Shown: positions 43,420 to 55,000, numbered from the stretch's first letter. The stretch is DNA of 56,895 bases from Oscillospiraceae bacterium (GCA_009778605.1 WRJN01000001.1:1-56895); one strand, 5' to 3'. Notes: generated by a model not told the origin, from the sequence alone. Translations and numbers: made by a program.

Positions 43420-46314
43420 TCAGTCGCTTCTGAGGGCTTCAACCGCGTCGCGTTGCGCCGCCATTCGCGCGGGGAGGTGCCCGCCTAACACAGTCAGACC
43501 CGTGCTGAGAATAAGCAACATAATCGCGTGTAAAACATTAAGCTGTGCGACATTGGCTAAGTCGGTCATGTCCTCGATGATTATGTTGGCAGGGATGGTC
43601 AGTAAATAGGCGATGATTACGCCGATTAACCCCGAACAGCCGCCGATAATAAACGTCTCCGCGTCGAATACGCGCGTGATGTCTTTCTTGCGTGCGCCGA
43701 GTGCCCGCAAAATCCCGATTTCCTTCGTACGCTCCAACACAGACACGTAGGTGATTATAGCAATCATAATCAAGCTCACCACAAGCGAAATAGACGCGAA
43801 CGCAATCAGCACCACCGTAATCGCGCTGATAATGTTGGACATGAAACTCATAATCATGCCTGCCAAATCGGTGTACAAAATGTGGTCTTCCTCATTCTCG
43901 TGCATTTCGTTCCACTCGTCTAAATATTCTAACAACAGGTCTTTCTTCTCGAACGAGGTGGGATAAATGGTAATTGCGCCAATCGCTTCCGTACCGCCAA
44001 GCATGGAGTGCAGTAACTCCGCTGTGGTGAATCGTTCCGTACCGGGTAAGACGTTGCCCTCCTGCGCCTTTTGTGCCAACACTATGTCCGAGTCAGACGC
44101 GCGTTCGATAACCAACTCCAACAACTCGTCTGAATAAACAATCCCGTCCAACATAAGGTTGATGTTTGAAGGGTCTTTCACGCGGACAATGCCCACGATT
44201 TGCAATGAAAGGCTTTTATCGGCGTCCCACAGCTTGTTCCAAAACGCCTCGGAGGTTTTTTCGTCTTTAGATTTCGCGTCTTTGTATTCCGTTGCAGGAA
44301 TGAACAGCTTTTGCTCTGCTTTGTCATCGTCGCTGTCGCCGCCCATGTTGGGAAATACCGCCAAGGGGTCGCCCTCGGGGTTCATAGGGTCAATGACTAC
44401 GACAATGTTACCCATGTCTTTCATTTGCATGAGCATGGCAATGGGCATTCCTTCCGCGCCGATAATCAGCGTGCCGCGCTCGTCTTGCAGGACTGTTCCC
44501 GCCAAATATTCGGGAGGAATGTGCGATAAGTCTATTTCGATTTCTTCTTCGGTGTCGTCTTCGGCGTCGTCGTTTTCGTCGTCTTTCTTCTCGTTAGCCC
44601 TCATCATGCGAACCACGTCCTTGAAATCGTCCTCAAACTGCGTGACTAACCGCTCCAACGCGACGCCCGCATTCGTACCGTCTGCGATGTTGCCTAACCC
44701 AAGATTAGGCAGAAGTTTCATGTTGCCCATTAACTCGGATAAATCGTCAATCTCAAAGTAATAGTCGTCATTGTCAATGAGCTTGAACTCGGTGTTCATT
44801 ATTTCGTCGAACGACAACGTAACCACACACTTGCAAACGTATCCGCAGGAGTGTTTTTTGCGATTTTTGCAGTTACACTCATGCGTACAACGGTCGGTGT
44901 CATAGCCTAATGCCTCGAGTGTGCTGAGTTCGATTCGTCCGCTGGAACCGACTACCATAAGCAAATCGGTAGGCGACGAAGGCCAACGCATGGTGGATTC
45001 GTCCAACAATTCAAAGTTAGACTGCATATAGTCATCTTCGCCCAACGATTTGGGGAAAGACGACAAACCCATGCTGCCCCCCATCATATCACCGCCGAGT
45101 TGTACGCCGCCCGTCATCATTGTCACGATTGTCGGAAAAGTCATGGAAGCGACTTTGCCGTCGTCCCGCCTAAGCGCGTTGACGCTCAACATACGTTGAT
45201 ACCCGATGTATGACGCAATGTCGGTATCTATGTCGTTAATATAGTCAATGTATTCGTCGGTGAACTTGTTGGTGTGGCTTTTGAGCATACGCGTAGGGTC
45301 GAACACCGTGATTTCTGTAGGTAACGGCCCTGCATCCACGCCCTCTAACTCGTCATGAAACGCCTTGAACTCCTCCTCGTCAATGTTAGGCTTTTCGCGC
45401 GAGATGAGTATAGGGAACTCGGCGAGTGCATCCTCCTGAAACTTGTCAATCTGCATTTGGAAACCGTTGGACAAACTGAGAATAACCGCAATCCCGATAA
45501 TACCGATACTGGACGCAAACGCGGTCAGGAACGTCCTGCCTTTTTTAGTGAGTATATTATTCCCCGAAAGATTCAACGCCGTGATAAACGACATTGCCGT
45601 TTTCTTGAGGCTGAACTCATCATCTTTGAGGCTTTCTACGTGCGGATTGGAGTCACTCTCCACCAACCCGTCATCAAACCGAATAATCCTGTCGGCGTAT
45701 TCCTGTGCGATTTCGGGGTTGTGCGTAACCATGATTACTAAGCGTTCTTTTGACAAATCACGAATGAGGTTCATAATCTGTTTGCTGGTTTTGGTGTCCA
45801 ACGCGCCTGTCGGTTCATCACACATAAGTATTTCGGGATTATTGGCGAGTGCGCGCGCAATGGCGACGCGTTGCATCTGCCCGCCCGAGAGCTGACTGGG
45901 CTTTTTGTGTAGATGGTCTTTAAGCCCCACTTCAGTCAACACCTCAATAGCGCGTTGCCGCTTTTCTTTAGCCGACACGCCCGATAAAGTCATGCCTAAT
46001 TCGACGTTGGCGACAATACCCAAATGCGAGATGAGGTTGTAACTCTGGAACACGAACCCCACGGAGTTGTTGCGGTATGCGTCCCAGTCTTTGTCTTTGA
46101 ACGTGGTAGTTTTCTTGCCCTTGATGGTCATTTCACCGTCGTCGTAGCGGTCAAGCCCGCCGATAATGTTCAAGCAGGTGGTCTTACCCGAACCCGACGC
46201 CCCGAGAATGGCGACAAACTCACGCGAACGGAACGCCATGCTCACGCCGCGCAGTGCCTTTGTCTCAATCTCGCCTACGCGATAGGTTTTGGTTACGTTT
46301 TTTAATTCTAACAT
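43420..46314 (-). CDS. Fused ABC ATPase/permease (MacB-like)
   Basis: [32 protein letters not shown]; large extracellular loop. Confidence 0.92.
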   Translation of the reverse strand: MLELKNVTKTYRVGEIETKALRGVSMAFRSREFVAILGASGSGKTTCLNIIGGLDRYDDGEMTIKGKKTTTFKDKDWDAYRNNSVGFVFQSYNLISHLGIVANVELGMTLSGVSAKEKRQRAIEVLTEVGLKDHLHKKPSQLSGGQMQRVAIARALANNPEILMCDEPTGALDTKTSKQIMNLIRDLSKERLVIMVTHNPEIAQEYADRIIRFDDGLVESDSNPHVESLKDDEFSLKKTAMSFITALNLSGNNILTKKGRTFLTAFASSIGIIGIAVILSLSNGFQMQIDKFQEDALAEFPILISREKPNIDEEEFKAFHDELEGVDAGPLPTEITVFDPTRMLKSHTNKFTDEYIDYINDIDTDIASYIGYQRMLSVNALRRDDGKVASMTFPTIVTMMTGGVQLGGDMMGGSMGLSSFPKSLGEDDYMQSNFELLDESTMRWPSSPTDLLMVVGSSGRIELSTLEALGYDTDRCTHECNCKNRKKHSCGYVCKCVVTLSFDEIMNTEFKLIDNDDYYFEIDDLSELMGNMKLLPNLGLGNIADGTNAGVALERLVTQFEDDFKDVVRMMRANEKKDDENDDAEDDTEEEIEIDLSHIPPEYLAGTVLQDERGTLIIGAEGMPIAMLMQMKDMGNIVVVIDPMNPEGDPLAVFPNMGGDSDDDKAEQKLFIPATEYKDAKSKDEKTSEAFWNKLWDADKSLSLQIVGIVRVKDPSNINLMLDGIVYSDELLELVIERASDSDIVLAQKAQEGNVLPGTERFTTAELLHSMLGGTEAIGAITIYPTSFEKKDLLLEYLDEWNEMHENEEDHILYTDLAGMIMSFMSNIISAITVVLIAFASISLVVSLIMIAIITYVSVLERTKEIGILRALGARKKDITRVFDAETFIIGGCSGLIGVIIAYLLTIPANIIIEDMTDLANVAQLNVLHAIMLLILSTGLTVLGGHLPARMAAQRDAVEALRSD

Positions 46315-46339
46315 TACAAAAAGTTTCTCCTTTAAACTA

Positions 46340-46768
46340 TTATTTACTGCTATTGTTGATTTTTTTCAATACCGCAAGCATCTCATTGCTGCCCTTGATA
46401 ATGACTTGAAGTTGTTCAGGTGTTGCGTGATTCAGGAACATCGAGTCTAACTTGTCTTTAAGCTGTCGCGCTTTCTGCCGCCCTAACTCGGTCAGTTCGG
46501 GTGTCACTACACGCTCGTCCTTGGTACTGCGCTTGCGAATCAAAAGCCCCATTTGCTCCATTTTCTTACAAGTCGCGGATAAGTTGCCTTGATTCGCGTG
46601 GAGGTGTTCGGCGAGTTTGCACACCGTCGGCGTATCACAAAATCCCGCTTCCATGAGAATCCCCGCTTGAATATCGCTCAACCCAACTTCTTGCAGAATC
46701 GGCGTGAATGCCTTGCTTGCTTCTGTCTTGAACGCGTGAAAAAAATCCCACGTTGTGCAGGTTTCCAC
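46340..46768 (-). CDS. MarR family regulator
   Basis: wHTH with RKRSTKDERV..LTELG; GTG start after AGGAGG. Confidence 0.88.
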   Translation of the reverse strand: METCTTWDFFHAFKTEASKAFTPILQEVGLSDIQAGILMEAGFCDTPTVCKLAEHLHANQGNLSATCKKMEQMGLLIRKRSTKDERVVTPELTELGRQKARQLKDKLDSMFLNHATPEQLQVIIKGSNEMLAVLKKINNSSK

Positions 46769-46805
46769 ATAAACTCCTCCTTTCAAAATATTATTTATAA
46801 TAAAT

Positions 46806-46833
46806 ATTATATCACAAAAATAGTATTTGTCAA
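46806..46833 (-). promoter_or_regulatory. MarR operon promoter with an adjacent AT-rich inverted repeat
   Basis: TTGACA-N16-TATAAT; imperfect palindrome ~46787-46808. Confidence 0.55.
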
Positions 46834-46930
46834 GGCTTTTCCAAAAAATTAAAATAAAATTTTTTTTATGCTCTTGATTTTGACTAAAAAATGTAGTATA
46901 ATAAATAGAGCGAAACGGAGGTTTTTTACT

Positions 46931-47845
46931 ATGGAATACGGTAATTTAGGAATTGAACATGAAATCGACACCACTGACCTTGAGTTGCTTGAGTTTTCAG
47001 TTGGTGAGGAACATTTCGGAATTAACATAGCAAAGGTTAGTGAAATTATAATACATTGTGACTTGACGCCTATTCCCAACGCCACCAACAAGGCAGTCGA
47101 GGGTGTGTTCATGCACCGCGGGAAATTGGTGACGGTGATTGACTTGCACGAAGTTCTGATGATTACTAAACCCGTGGTTGAGCGTACGCTGTTAATCGTC
47201 TGTGACTTTGACCAAGTGAGCGTTGCGTTTGACGTTACCAACGTCAACGGTATTCAGCGGCTCAAGTGGACGCAGGTGGAAATGCCGCCCACTGTCGGCG
47301 GAAGTGCTGATGACGGTGTTGCGACGGGTGTCACCAAAATCGGCGAAAAAATCATCATGGTGCTTGACTTTGAGAAGATTATCTGTGACATGAATTCCGG
47401 GCAAGAGTTTGAGTTGGGAATCGTCGGAGAAATCGAAATGCCTCCTCAGTTTAACTATGAACGCAGAGTGTTTGTGGTAGATGACTCGGTGTTCCTCAAC
47501 AAAGTCGTGGTGAAAGAGTTACGCAAGTGCGGATTCACCAACATCGTTTCGTTCTGTAACGGCAGAGATGCGTGGAATTGCATTGCAGATTTGCAAGAAA
47601 ACGGTCAAGGTCACACCATCGGCGCAGTAGTCACCGATATTGAAATGCCGCTAATGGACGGGCACACGCTGTTAAAGCTGATTCGTACGCACAAGTCAAC
47701 ACTGAATAAAACACCTGTGGTCATGTTCTCGTCACTGATTCACGATAACATGAGGATTAAGGGCGACGAAGTGGGAGCGGACGCGCAATTCTCACGCTCA
47801 GAACTTGAGGAATGTATCACTAAAGTTGTGGAGCTGATGAGCTAA
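46931..47845 (+). CDS. cheV: Chemotaxis protein CheV (CheW plus receiver domain)
   Basis: FGINIAKVSEI, LDFEKI, VVDDS, TDIEMPLMDG. Confidence 0.92.
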   Translation: MEYGNLGIEHEIDTTDLELLEFSVGEEHFGINIAKVSEIIIHCDLTPIPNATNKAVEGVFMHRGKLVTVIDLHEVLMITKPVVERTLLIVCDFDQVSVAFDVTNVNGIQRLKWTQVEMPPTVGGSADDGVATGVTKIGEKIIMVLDFEKIICDMNSGQEFELGIVGEIEMPPQFNYERRVFVVDDSVFLNKVVVKELRKCGFTNIVSFCNGRDAWNCIADLQENGQGHTIGAVVTDIEMPLMDGHTLLKLIRTHKSTLNKTPVVMFSSLIHDNMRIKGDEVGADAQFSRSELEECITKVVELMS

Positions 47846-47870
47846 TTGAAATTTTAGAAAATTGCAGTAA

Positions 47871-47905
47871 AAAAACAGCCGATGGTACAACCTCGGCTGT
47901 TTATT
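47871..47905. terminator. Bidirectional terminator
   Basis: AAACAGCCGA...TCGGCTGTTT between convergent genes. Confidence 0.7.
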
Positions 47906-47913
47906 ATTATCCA

Positions 47914-48462
47914 TTACAAGCTCATACCAATCTCAATCGCTTTGACGTTCGCGTCAATCATGTCCGTTTTGTGTGTGGTTTCGGCAATCGCTTTTTTGAC
48001 TGTTTCCAAATCGGTAATCCCGGTGTCCTTGATTACCTTGCCTAAAATGACGATAATCCCCAACCCCGGTTTAAGCCCGTTATCCGTCGCCAACGTCGTC
48101 GCAGGAATGTATTGGCAGTTGAAGTCGTTGGTGTCATAAGTCGATTCAATAATCGAGCTGTCGATATACGCTGTTCCGCCTTTGCGGACATTCGGGACAA
48201 ACTTGTCGAAACTCGGGCCATTCATGCAAATGAGCGTATCGGGGTGGTGAACCACAGGCGAGCCAATCAACGTCCCGCTGATACACACGGCGCAGTTACA
48301 CACGCCGCCGCGCATAGCAGGCCCGTATGACGGCATCCACGTCACTTCCCTCTCATCTATCATGGCGATGTTAGCAAGAAGTTTGCCCGCGAATAAAACG
48401 CCCTGTCCGCCGAATCCCGCAATCAAAATCTCATGCAACTTGAAATTACTGTTATTGCTCAT
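47914..48462 (-). CDS. 2-oxoacid:ferredoxin oxidoreductase gamma subunit
   Basis: AGFGGQGV, SYGPAMRGG. Confidence 0.9.
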   Translation of the reverse strand: MSNNSNFKLHEILIAGFGGQGVLFAGKLLANIAMIDEREVTWMPSYGPAMRGGVCNCAVCISGTLIGSPVVHHPDTLICMNGPSFDKFVPNVRKGGTAYIDSSIIESTYDTNDFNCQYIPATTLATDNGLKPGLGIIVILGKVIKDTGITDLETVKKAIAETTHKTDMIDANVKAIEIGMSL

Positions 48463-49199
48463 TTTACTGCCCCCTCCTTAGTCACGCCCAACGGGTAGTA
48501 TGGAATCATGTTTTCTTCCAACCATTTGATTGAATTCGTCGGTGTCATGCCCCAGTTCGTCGGGCAGGTGGATAACACTTCGATTACGCTGAACCCCTCG
48601 CCGCGAAGCTGAATCTCGAACGCTTTCTTGATTGCCGCCTTAGCCTCGCGGACGTGTTTCGCGTCATGCACCGACACGCGCTGTGCGAGTGCTACGCCGT
48701 CCAACGTCGCGAACATTTCCACTGACTTAATGGGGAACCCTGCCGCCGCAGTATCCCTACCGAACGGCGTCGTCTGCGTTTTTTGACCGGGCATGGAAGT
48801 CGGAGCCATCTGCCCGCCCGTCATGCCGTAAATCGCGTTGTTCACGAAAATCGAGGTAAAGTTTTCACCGCGCGCCGCCGCATGAATCGCCTCGCCCGTA
48901 CCAATCGCCATCATGTCGCCGTCGCCTTGATAAGAGAAAACCAACCTGTCGGGGCGCGCGCGCTTAACCCCTGTCGCCACCGCGCAAGCACGTCCGTGAG
49001 ACGCGCTGACTGTGTCACAACCGAGGTACCAGTATCCGAACACACCGCAACCTACGGGGAATACGCCAATCGTAGTACCCTCAACGTCCAACTCGTCTAT
49101 GACCTCGGCGATAATTCTGTGTATAATTCCGTGGAGACAGCCGGGGCAAAAATGCGTCTGCTTATCCACGAGTGATTTTGGTCTGCTAAATTTAGGCAT
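48459..49199 (-). CDS. 2-oxoacid:ferredoxin oxidoreductase beta (TPP-binding) subunit
   Basis: FCPGC, HGRA, GDGD, NNAIYGMTGGQ, CPTNW. Confidence 0.92.
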   Translation of the reverse strand: MPKFSRPKSLVDKQTHFCPGCLHGIIHRIIAEVIDELDVEGTTIGVFPVGCGVFGYWYLGCDTVSASHGRACAVATGVKRARPDRLVFSYQGDGDMMAIGTGEAIHAAARGENFTSIFVNNAIYGMTGGQMAPTSMPGQKTQTTPFGRDTAAAGFPIKSVEMFATLDGVALAQRVSVHDAKHVREAKAAIKKAFEIQLRGEGFSVIEVLSTCPTNWGMTPTNSIKWLEENMIPYYPLGVTKEGAVK

Positions 49200-49278
49200 T
49201 ATTCACACACTTGTGTGGCTTAAAATACAAATCAACAAGTGATAACTTTGCACTTTACCACACACCTTTCTCTATTAT

Positions 49279-50337
49279 TTATAATGATACGGTCATTTCC
49301 TTAATTTTCTCAAAAATTTCCTCAGGACCGGGCACGAACCCGCCCTGTCTGCCGTAGAACTCTACAGGCACGCTGAACTCGAGAGCCGCCTTGACGTCAT
49401 GCACCATCTGACCGAGGGACATTTCCACCACCAAGACTTGTTTGGCATTCTTGCAAGCCGCTTTGATTTGTTTGTCGGGGAACGGCGCGACGGTAATCGG
49501 GCGAAACGTCCCAATTTTGAACCCTTCGGCGCGTGCCATTTCCATTGCAGACTGAATCACGCGCGCAGTCGTTCCGTACGCTACAACAACAATGTCCGCG
49601 TCCTCACAATTGACCGCCTGCGAACGTGTACGCGCTTTCACGCCTTCCATGCGCGCCTGACGCGCGATGAGCGTTTCCTCCAACTCCTCGGGGTGTAACC
49701 GCAAAGACGTTATATTGCGATACTCGCGTTTGTTCTCATGCCCGGTGACTGCCCAATCGGGATACTCGCGCTTTTGCTCAACTGCGTCATCACCGAAACT
49801 CACAGGCTCCATCATCTGCCCGAGAAGTCCGTCAAGCAGAATCACCACGGGGGTGAGAAACTCGTCAGCTAAATCAAAGGCTTCGGTGGTTATGTCAACC
49901 ATTTCCTGCACTGAACAGGGTGCGAAAACAGGTACGTGAACATCTCCGTGACCGAGTGCTTTTGTCGCCTGCATATAATCGGCTTGAGAGGGCTGAATCG
50001 TTCCGAGACCGGGACCGCCGCGCTGAACGCTGACGATTACGCAGGGCAGGTCTGCACCCACCATGTAGGATATTCCCTCTGTTTTGAGCGATATACCCGG
50101 CGACGAGGAAGAAGTCATGCAACGTGTCCCTGTCGCCGCGCAACCGTACACCATGTTGATTGCACCGATTTCCGATTCCGCTTGCAGGAACGTGCCGCCT
50201 TTTTTGTGCAGATGTTGCGACAAGTACGCGCCGATTTCGTTTTGCGGCGTAATCGGATAGCCGAAATAACACTTGCAACCCGCACGGATTGCCGCTTCAG
50301 CTATTGCTTCATTGCCTTTCATCAAGGTCTTTTTCAT
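49279..50337 (-). CDS. vorB: 2-oxoacid:ferredoxin oxidoreductase alpha subunit (VorB-type)
   Basis: GNEAIAEAA, GYPITPQ, QAESE, SSSPG, RGGPGLG. Confidence 0.9.
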   Translation of the reverse strand: MKKTLMKGNEAIAEAAIRAGCKCYFGYPITPQNEIGAYLSQHLHKKGGTFLQAESEIGAINMVYGCAATGTRCMTSSSSPGISLKTEGISYMVGADLPCVIVSVQRGGPGLGTIQPSQADYMQATKALGHGDVHVPVFAPCSVQEMVDITTEAFDLADEFLTPVVILLDGLLGQMMEPVSFGDDAVEQKREYPDWAVTGHENKREYRNITSLRLHPEELEETLIARQARMEGVKARTRSQAVNCEDADIVVVAYGTTARVIQSAMEMARAEGFKIGTFRPITVAPFPDKQIKAACKNAKQVLVVEMSLGQMVHDVKAALEFSVPVEFYGRQGGFVPGPEEIFEKIKEMTVSL

Positions 50338-50355
50338 AAGTGTTTGCTCCTTTCC

Positions 50356-50417
50356 AATGGGGCTGCCGCCCCAAACCCCCTCACCTGCGGCGGGAAACCC
50401 GCCTTGGTTCGCTGAAG
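50356..50417 (-). repeat. Family A repeat inside the oxidoreductase operon
   Basis: Near-identical to the 16S insert. Confidence 0.9.
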
Positions 50418-50428
50418 TTTATTAAGGT

Positions 50429-50629
50429 TTACTCAATTATAATCGCGCAGTCGGGGCACATTGTCGCGCAGAGGGCGCAACCCGTGCAAGCCGATTCGTC
50501 AATACACGCAATGGTGTTGTATCCGCTTTTGTTGATACGCTCGTGCTGCATTTGCAAAATCTTTTTGGGGCAAGCACTCGCGCATACCTCACAGCCTTTG
50601 CAACGCTCAAAATCAAGTTTGAATTTCAT
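50429..50629 (-). CDS. 2[4Fe-4S] ferredoxin (delta subunit)
   Basis: CKGCEVCASACP and CTGCALCATMCP. Confidence 0.92.
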   Translation of the reverse strand: MKFKLDFERCKGCEVCASACPKKILQMQHERINKSGYNTIACIDESACTGCALCATMCPDCAIIIE

Positions 50630-51015
50630 ATAAAACATTCCTTTCTGTTTAATTGTTTGGTCAATTCTTTATCAAAAGTACATATTTCGCTATTGTTGAT
50701 TATGTGATGGGCACAGAGAATACAATCTACAAAGTCTAACTTTGTATACGCATAGGTTTCAATCCCCTTACGCAACACATCGTCTTGATACTCAATTTCG
50801 TCCAAAAAGCAAATAATCGTTTCTGCGATTATTTTTCTTTCAATATTATACAACCTTCCGCTAAGAACAAAAACAACTTCTGCGATAACTTCGTTCAATA
50901 TAAGAATATTTCCGTTGTAAATAAGTTTTGCCGCCCGCGCGAACATTTCGTCATTATCCTTTAGAATATATCTCAAAATAACATTAGCATCAAAGATTCT
51001 TAAAGTGTTTTTCAT
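50626..51015 (-). CDS. PIN domain (VapC-like) toxin
   Basis: FDANVILRY, IAEVVFVL, LDFVDC, TFDKEL. Confidence 0.85.
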   Translation of the reverse strand: MKNTLRIFDANVILRYILKDNDEMFARAAKLIYNGNILILNEVIAEVVFVLSGRLYNIERKIIAETIICFLDEIEYQDDVLRKGIETYAYTKLDFVDCILCAHHIINNSEICTFDKELTKQLNRKECFI

Positions 51016-51187
51016 GCTTTTCCACCGCCGCTTCCGCCCAAGCCGTTTTTTCAAGCTCTGTGACAGCGTTTATATCCTTATCTTTTATCGCATATTTGCT
51101 CAACATTCCTCCCGCCGTTTTCGGTTGCGATTCTTTGACAGACTCGTCAATAAAAGCAATCATCAACTTTTGCGTTTCTGCATTCAT
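50990..51187 (-). CDS. Putative antitoxin
   Basis: Small ORF overlapping the PIN gene; GMLSKYA...EKTAWAEAAVEKH. Confidence 0.65.
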   Translation of the reverse strand: MNAETQKLMIAFIDESVKESQPKTAGGMLSKYAIKDKDINAVTELEKTAWAEAAVEKHEKHFKNL

Positions 51188-51203
51188 AGACAACCCTCCT
51201 AAT

Positions 51204-51824
51204 CTACATAAACCACGGCAACTTCACATAAACCTCAATGGGGAACGCCTCAACGTCGCGGTTCAACAACGGTAGCCCTGTCAGTGCGGCAACTTCGTCG
51301 GCGTAGGGCAGAGACTCGGCGAACGTATCCGCAGTCGTCTCACCACACAAGTGAGAGTTGTTGAAAATCGCAGTCGCCTTTAATCCGCAAGCCGACTCAA
51401 TCGCGCGTAAAACCTGCACAGTCGCCTCCGCTGTCTGTGTCTGAATGCGGTTGCAATTAACCACGTAATACATCTCGTACCCCACCCGCTCTAACTCGGG
51501 GGCGTACCGCCCCAAGACTTTCGCGCCCTCATCGTCACCGCCCGCGTCAATAATCAAAACGTCATGATTCGCAAGAACGCCTCCGACATTCAAATTGACA
51601 GCAGGAACGTCCGAGCTTGTCCCTTTGATATTCGACGCAACAAGAGTAATACCCGCCTCCTCAAACATCTTCCCGAATTCGTGAGTACAGAAATAAGGAT
51701 TCACAATGTCTAAATCGGCAACGGCGGATTTATGCCCCTCATGGCTGAGTTTCAGGGCTAAATTAACCGCAAAATTGGTTTTTCCCGCGCCGTAATGCCC
51801 TGTGATTACAATAATTTTTTTCAT
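51204..51824 (-). CDS. P-loop ATP-binding protein at the head of the oxidoreductase operon
   Basis: GHYGAGKT, DLDIVNPYF, DAGGDDEGA. Confidence 0.85.
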   Translation of the reverse strand: MKKIIVITGHYGAGKTNFAVNLALKLSHEGHKSAVADLDIVNPYFCTHEFGKMFEEAGITLVASNIKGTSSDVPAVNLNVGGVLANHDVLIIDAGGDDEGAKVLGRYAPELERVGYEMYYVVNCNRIQTQTAEATVQVLRAIESACGLKATAIFNNSHLCGETTADTFAESLPYADEVAALTGLPLLNRDVEAFPIEVYVKLPWFM

Positions 51825-52037
51825 ACCACATTACAGTATAACACAAAGCAATAAAATTGTCAAGCGGCGGCATGGCAAAAAATATATAAATATTTCGTAA
51901 ATATTTTTGTAAAAGTTATTGCTTTATTATAAATTCCATGGTATAATTTATGCAGTATACATAAAACGGCTGTGTGTTCGGAATAGACGTTTTTGTAAAT
52001 TGAAAAATCTGCTATTTTTACTGAGGAGGATTCACCT

Positions 52038-55000
52038 ATGAAAAAACGGTTTCTTGCAATGCTGCTGACGTGCGCGGTGTTGTTGTCGTTTTCAGTCCCG
52101 CTGACGTTGCCTGCGGCGGCTGACGGCAACGAATGTAGGGAAAACGCCGCAATGAGCGACGCTTTGCAAATCTTGCGTCGTCTCGTGAAACTCACCCCCG
52201 CAACACCCAGCCCCTGCCTCGCGCTCACCAAACCGGGCCCACCGCCCGAGTTTTACATGAGCGATGCTCTGCAAGTATTACGTAAACTTGTTAAGCTATC
52301 GCACGACTCGTTGAAACAACCCTGTCCTCGCCTTAGTCCGGAATGCCCTAACTACGACGTCAACAACCATTCTTCCACCGGGCAAGCAAGCACCAATAAT
52401 CCGACAGGCGGCTCCGGCACGACGCCGACAGGTGACACACCAACGGCTGTCGGAACGGTCAACGTGGAGCAAATCACCATTCGGCGCGATTTGCCTACCG
52501 CCTCCACCAATGTCACAGGTACGGCTGTCGGCGAGATTACGCTGAACACCACTGCACTGCCCGCGTGGCTGACTGCGGCGGTTGTCGGCGGTCAAGTCGT
52601 GGTATCGCTCAACAATGCGGCGGCACCCGCTGACGGTGAATTCAAAGTATACGAAATCCACGTATGGCGCGGCGGCGTACGCGCATCGCTGTTCGTCACG
52701 TCTACGCTTTCGGGGCAAGACGGCTCCACGAAAGGCGGTACACCCGATACTGCGACTCCGCCCACCGGCGTGCCTACATTACCGCCCACTACACCGCCGC
52801 CAACAAACTCCGGTACACCAACCACAGGCGGTACACCTGATACAAGCAACCCCGGCAAGACGTTTAAGTCCGACGATGTAATAACTATCACAGACCGCAC
52901 GAATCCCACGGGAAGCACCATGGTTTCAGGAACTGCTACAGGCGAAATCACGGTGACTGCCAATGGGTTACCGTCGTGGCTTGAAATAGTCATCAACCAA
53001 GCAACAAACGTGATTACAGTACGGTTAGCACCTAATGCGACTGTGCCTGATACACCTGTCGCACAGGTATGCAACTTGACATTGAGTCGCGAAAACGTGT
53101 CTGCACCGCTGACCGTTTCCGTTTCGCTTGGCGGTAAAGACGACCCCAACATCTCTGCGACGCCTGTCACGATTACGCGTGCAAACGCAAACGCAACCTC
53201 GACTGTTACAGGCAGTGCGGACGCTATTACCGAATTAAACAGGACGAATATTCCTGCATGGCTATTGATTACGGCTGTCGGAGGCTCTGAAATTCAAGTC
53301 TCCCTCGCATCTGTCGGCGTTCCTGTGGACGCAGTAAGTCAAATCTTCACAGCGACATTCCAAAAAGGCAGCGTTACAGGACAGCTCACCATCACTGTCA
53401 ACCTTACGGGTGATATAGCAACAGGGCTACCTACTACAGGCACCGAAACTCCTCCCACTACCAACACTACAGACGAAAATACGCCCACCGAAACAAGCGA
53501 CTCTCCTACAGACACAACTCCTCCTCCTACCACTACCGGTGCTCCTCCGGACACTCCTGCGCCTCCTACGACGACTGAACAAATCGTCGTACCGATGCCT
53601 GCAGGTGTAGTGTATGATATGCAGTTAGACGGCGATTTTGACAGATTCACAGGTTCAAATTCAGGCACACTCGGTCATCTGTTCCTTAGAGTAGGTGACA
53701 GCTCGGGTACGCTTAAAATGACCGGAAGCGGAACTGCCCCCAACCGCCAAATCCTCATTGAAGGCAGAGGCGGCACAAGCCAAGGCTTGCGAATGAGACC
53801 AAACGAAATCGACATCACGCCCAGAGTAGGGCATCAGTACACCGTCGAAATCACAGGCTCTGTCGCGAACGGCAGTAATCTGCGATTACGCCAAGAAAAG
53901 CCTGAACAAGTGGCTATAGCAACAGGAACGGCTACCAGCGTATCTGCAACCGTGTCTGCGGCAAGCATTACGGGCGAAGGCATCGAATGGAGCATCGGTA
54001 ACTCATCGGGCAACTCCGATATGACGATTACGGGCATGAAAATCACGCGTGTTTGCCCGACAGGTTGTACAATGTGCGCCGAGTATACCACCACCATTAC
54101 AGGCGGCGGAACAGGCTCAAGTGCAACCCCTGCAAGTGCGATTTCGGGTCAAACCGTGACGCTGAGAGCAGGCACACGCACAGGGTTCTTATTCGACGGT
54201 TGGACGGTTACGTCCGGTGGCGTTACCCTTGACGTAGCAAACAGCGCGAACGCGTCGTTCGTCATGGGTACAGCGAACGTAGCGGTAACGGCGAACTGGA
54301 AAGAGCATAAAGGCGGTCTGTCACCGCAATACTCTGCCGCTGACGCTATGGCTAAAATGAAAGTCGGTTGGAACTACGGCAACGCTCTTGACTGTTACAA
54401 CGGCAATCGTGAAGCACCTGCGACAGGTTACTCCAACCCTTGGAGTAACCCGCGAGTCGCCAACTATGGTGCATTAACCGTGTCGCAAATGGAAACCAAC
54501 TGGATGGGCGGCAGTAACTACGCAGCAAAACCCGATTTGTTCAAGAACGTTAAGGGAGCGGGATTCGACACTATCAGAATCCCCATCACGTGGTACAAAG
54601 CCATTCGTGCCCCCGGCGCGCTGACTACCACGCCGACTACGGCAACCCTTGACGGTAACTTCATCATTCACCCCGATTACCTCAAGCGCGTTAAAGAAAT
54701 TGTGACATGGGCACACGAAGAAGGCTTCACAGTCATCATCAACAGCCATCATGACGATTTCATCATGCCGTTCAATAACGCGAGCGACATGGCAAAAACC
54801 GAAGCAACAATCAAGAAACTGTGGACAATTATTGCCAACGAATTCAAAGACTTTGACGAACGCCTCATCTTTGAAGTCCTTAACGAACCGCGTCAAGTTG
54901 GTTCGACACAAGAATGGGGCGCAGGCGGCAGTGGTGCGGCAGGGCTTGAAAACAGACAACGTGTCAACCGCATGAACCAAGCCGCAGTGGACGCAATCCG

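Noticed and set aside
46931-47845. Orphan cheV as a novel system
   Set aside because: cheV is commonly unlinked from chemotaxis clusters
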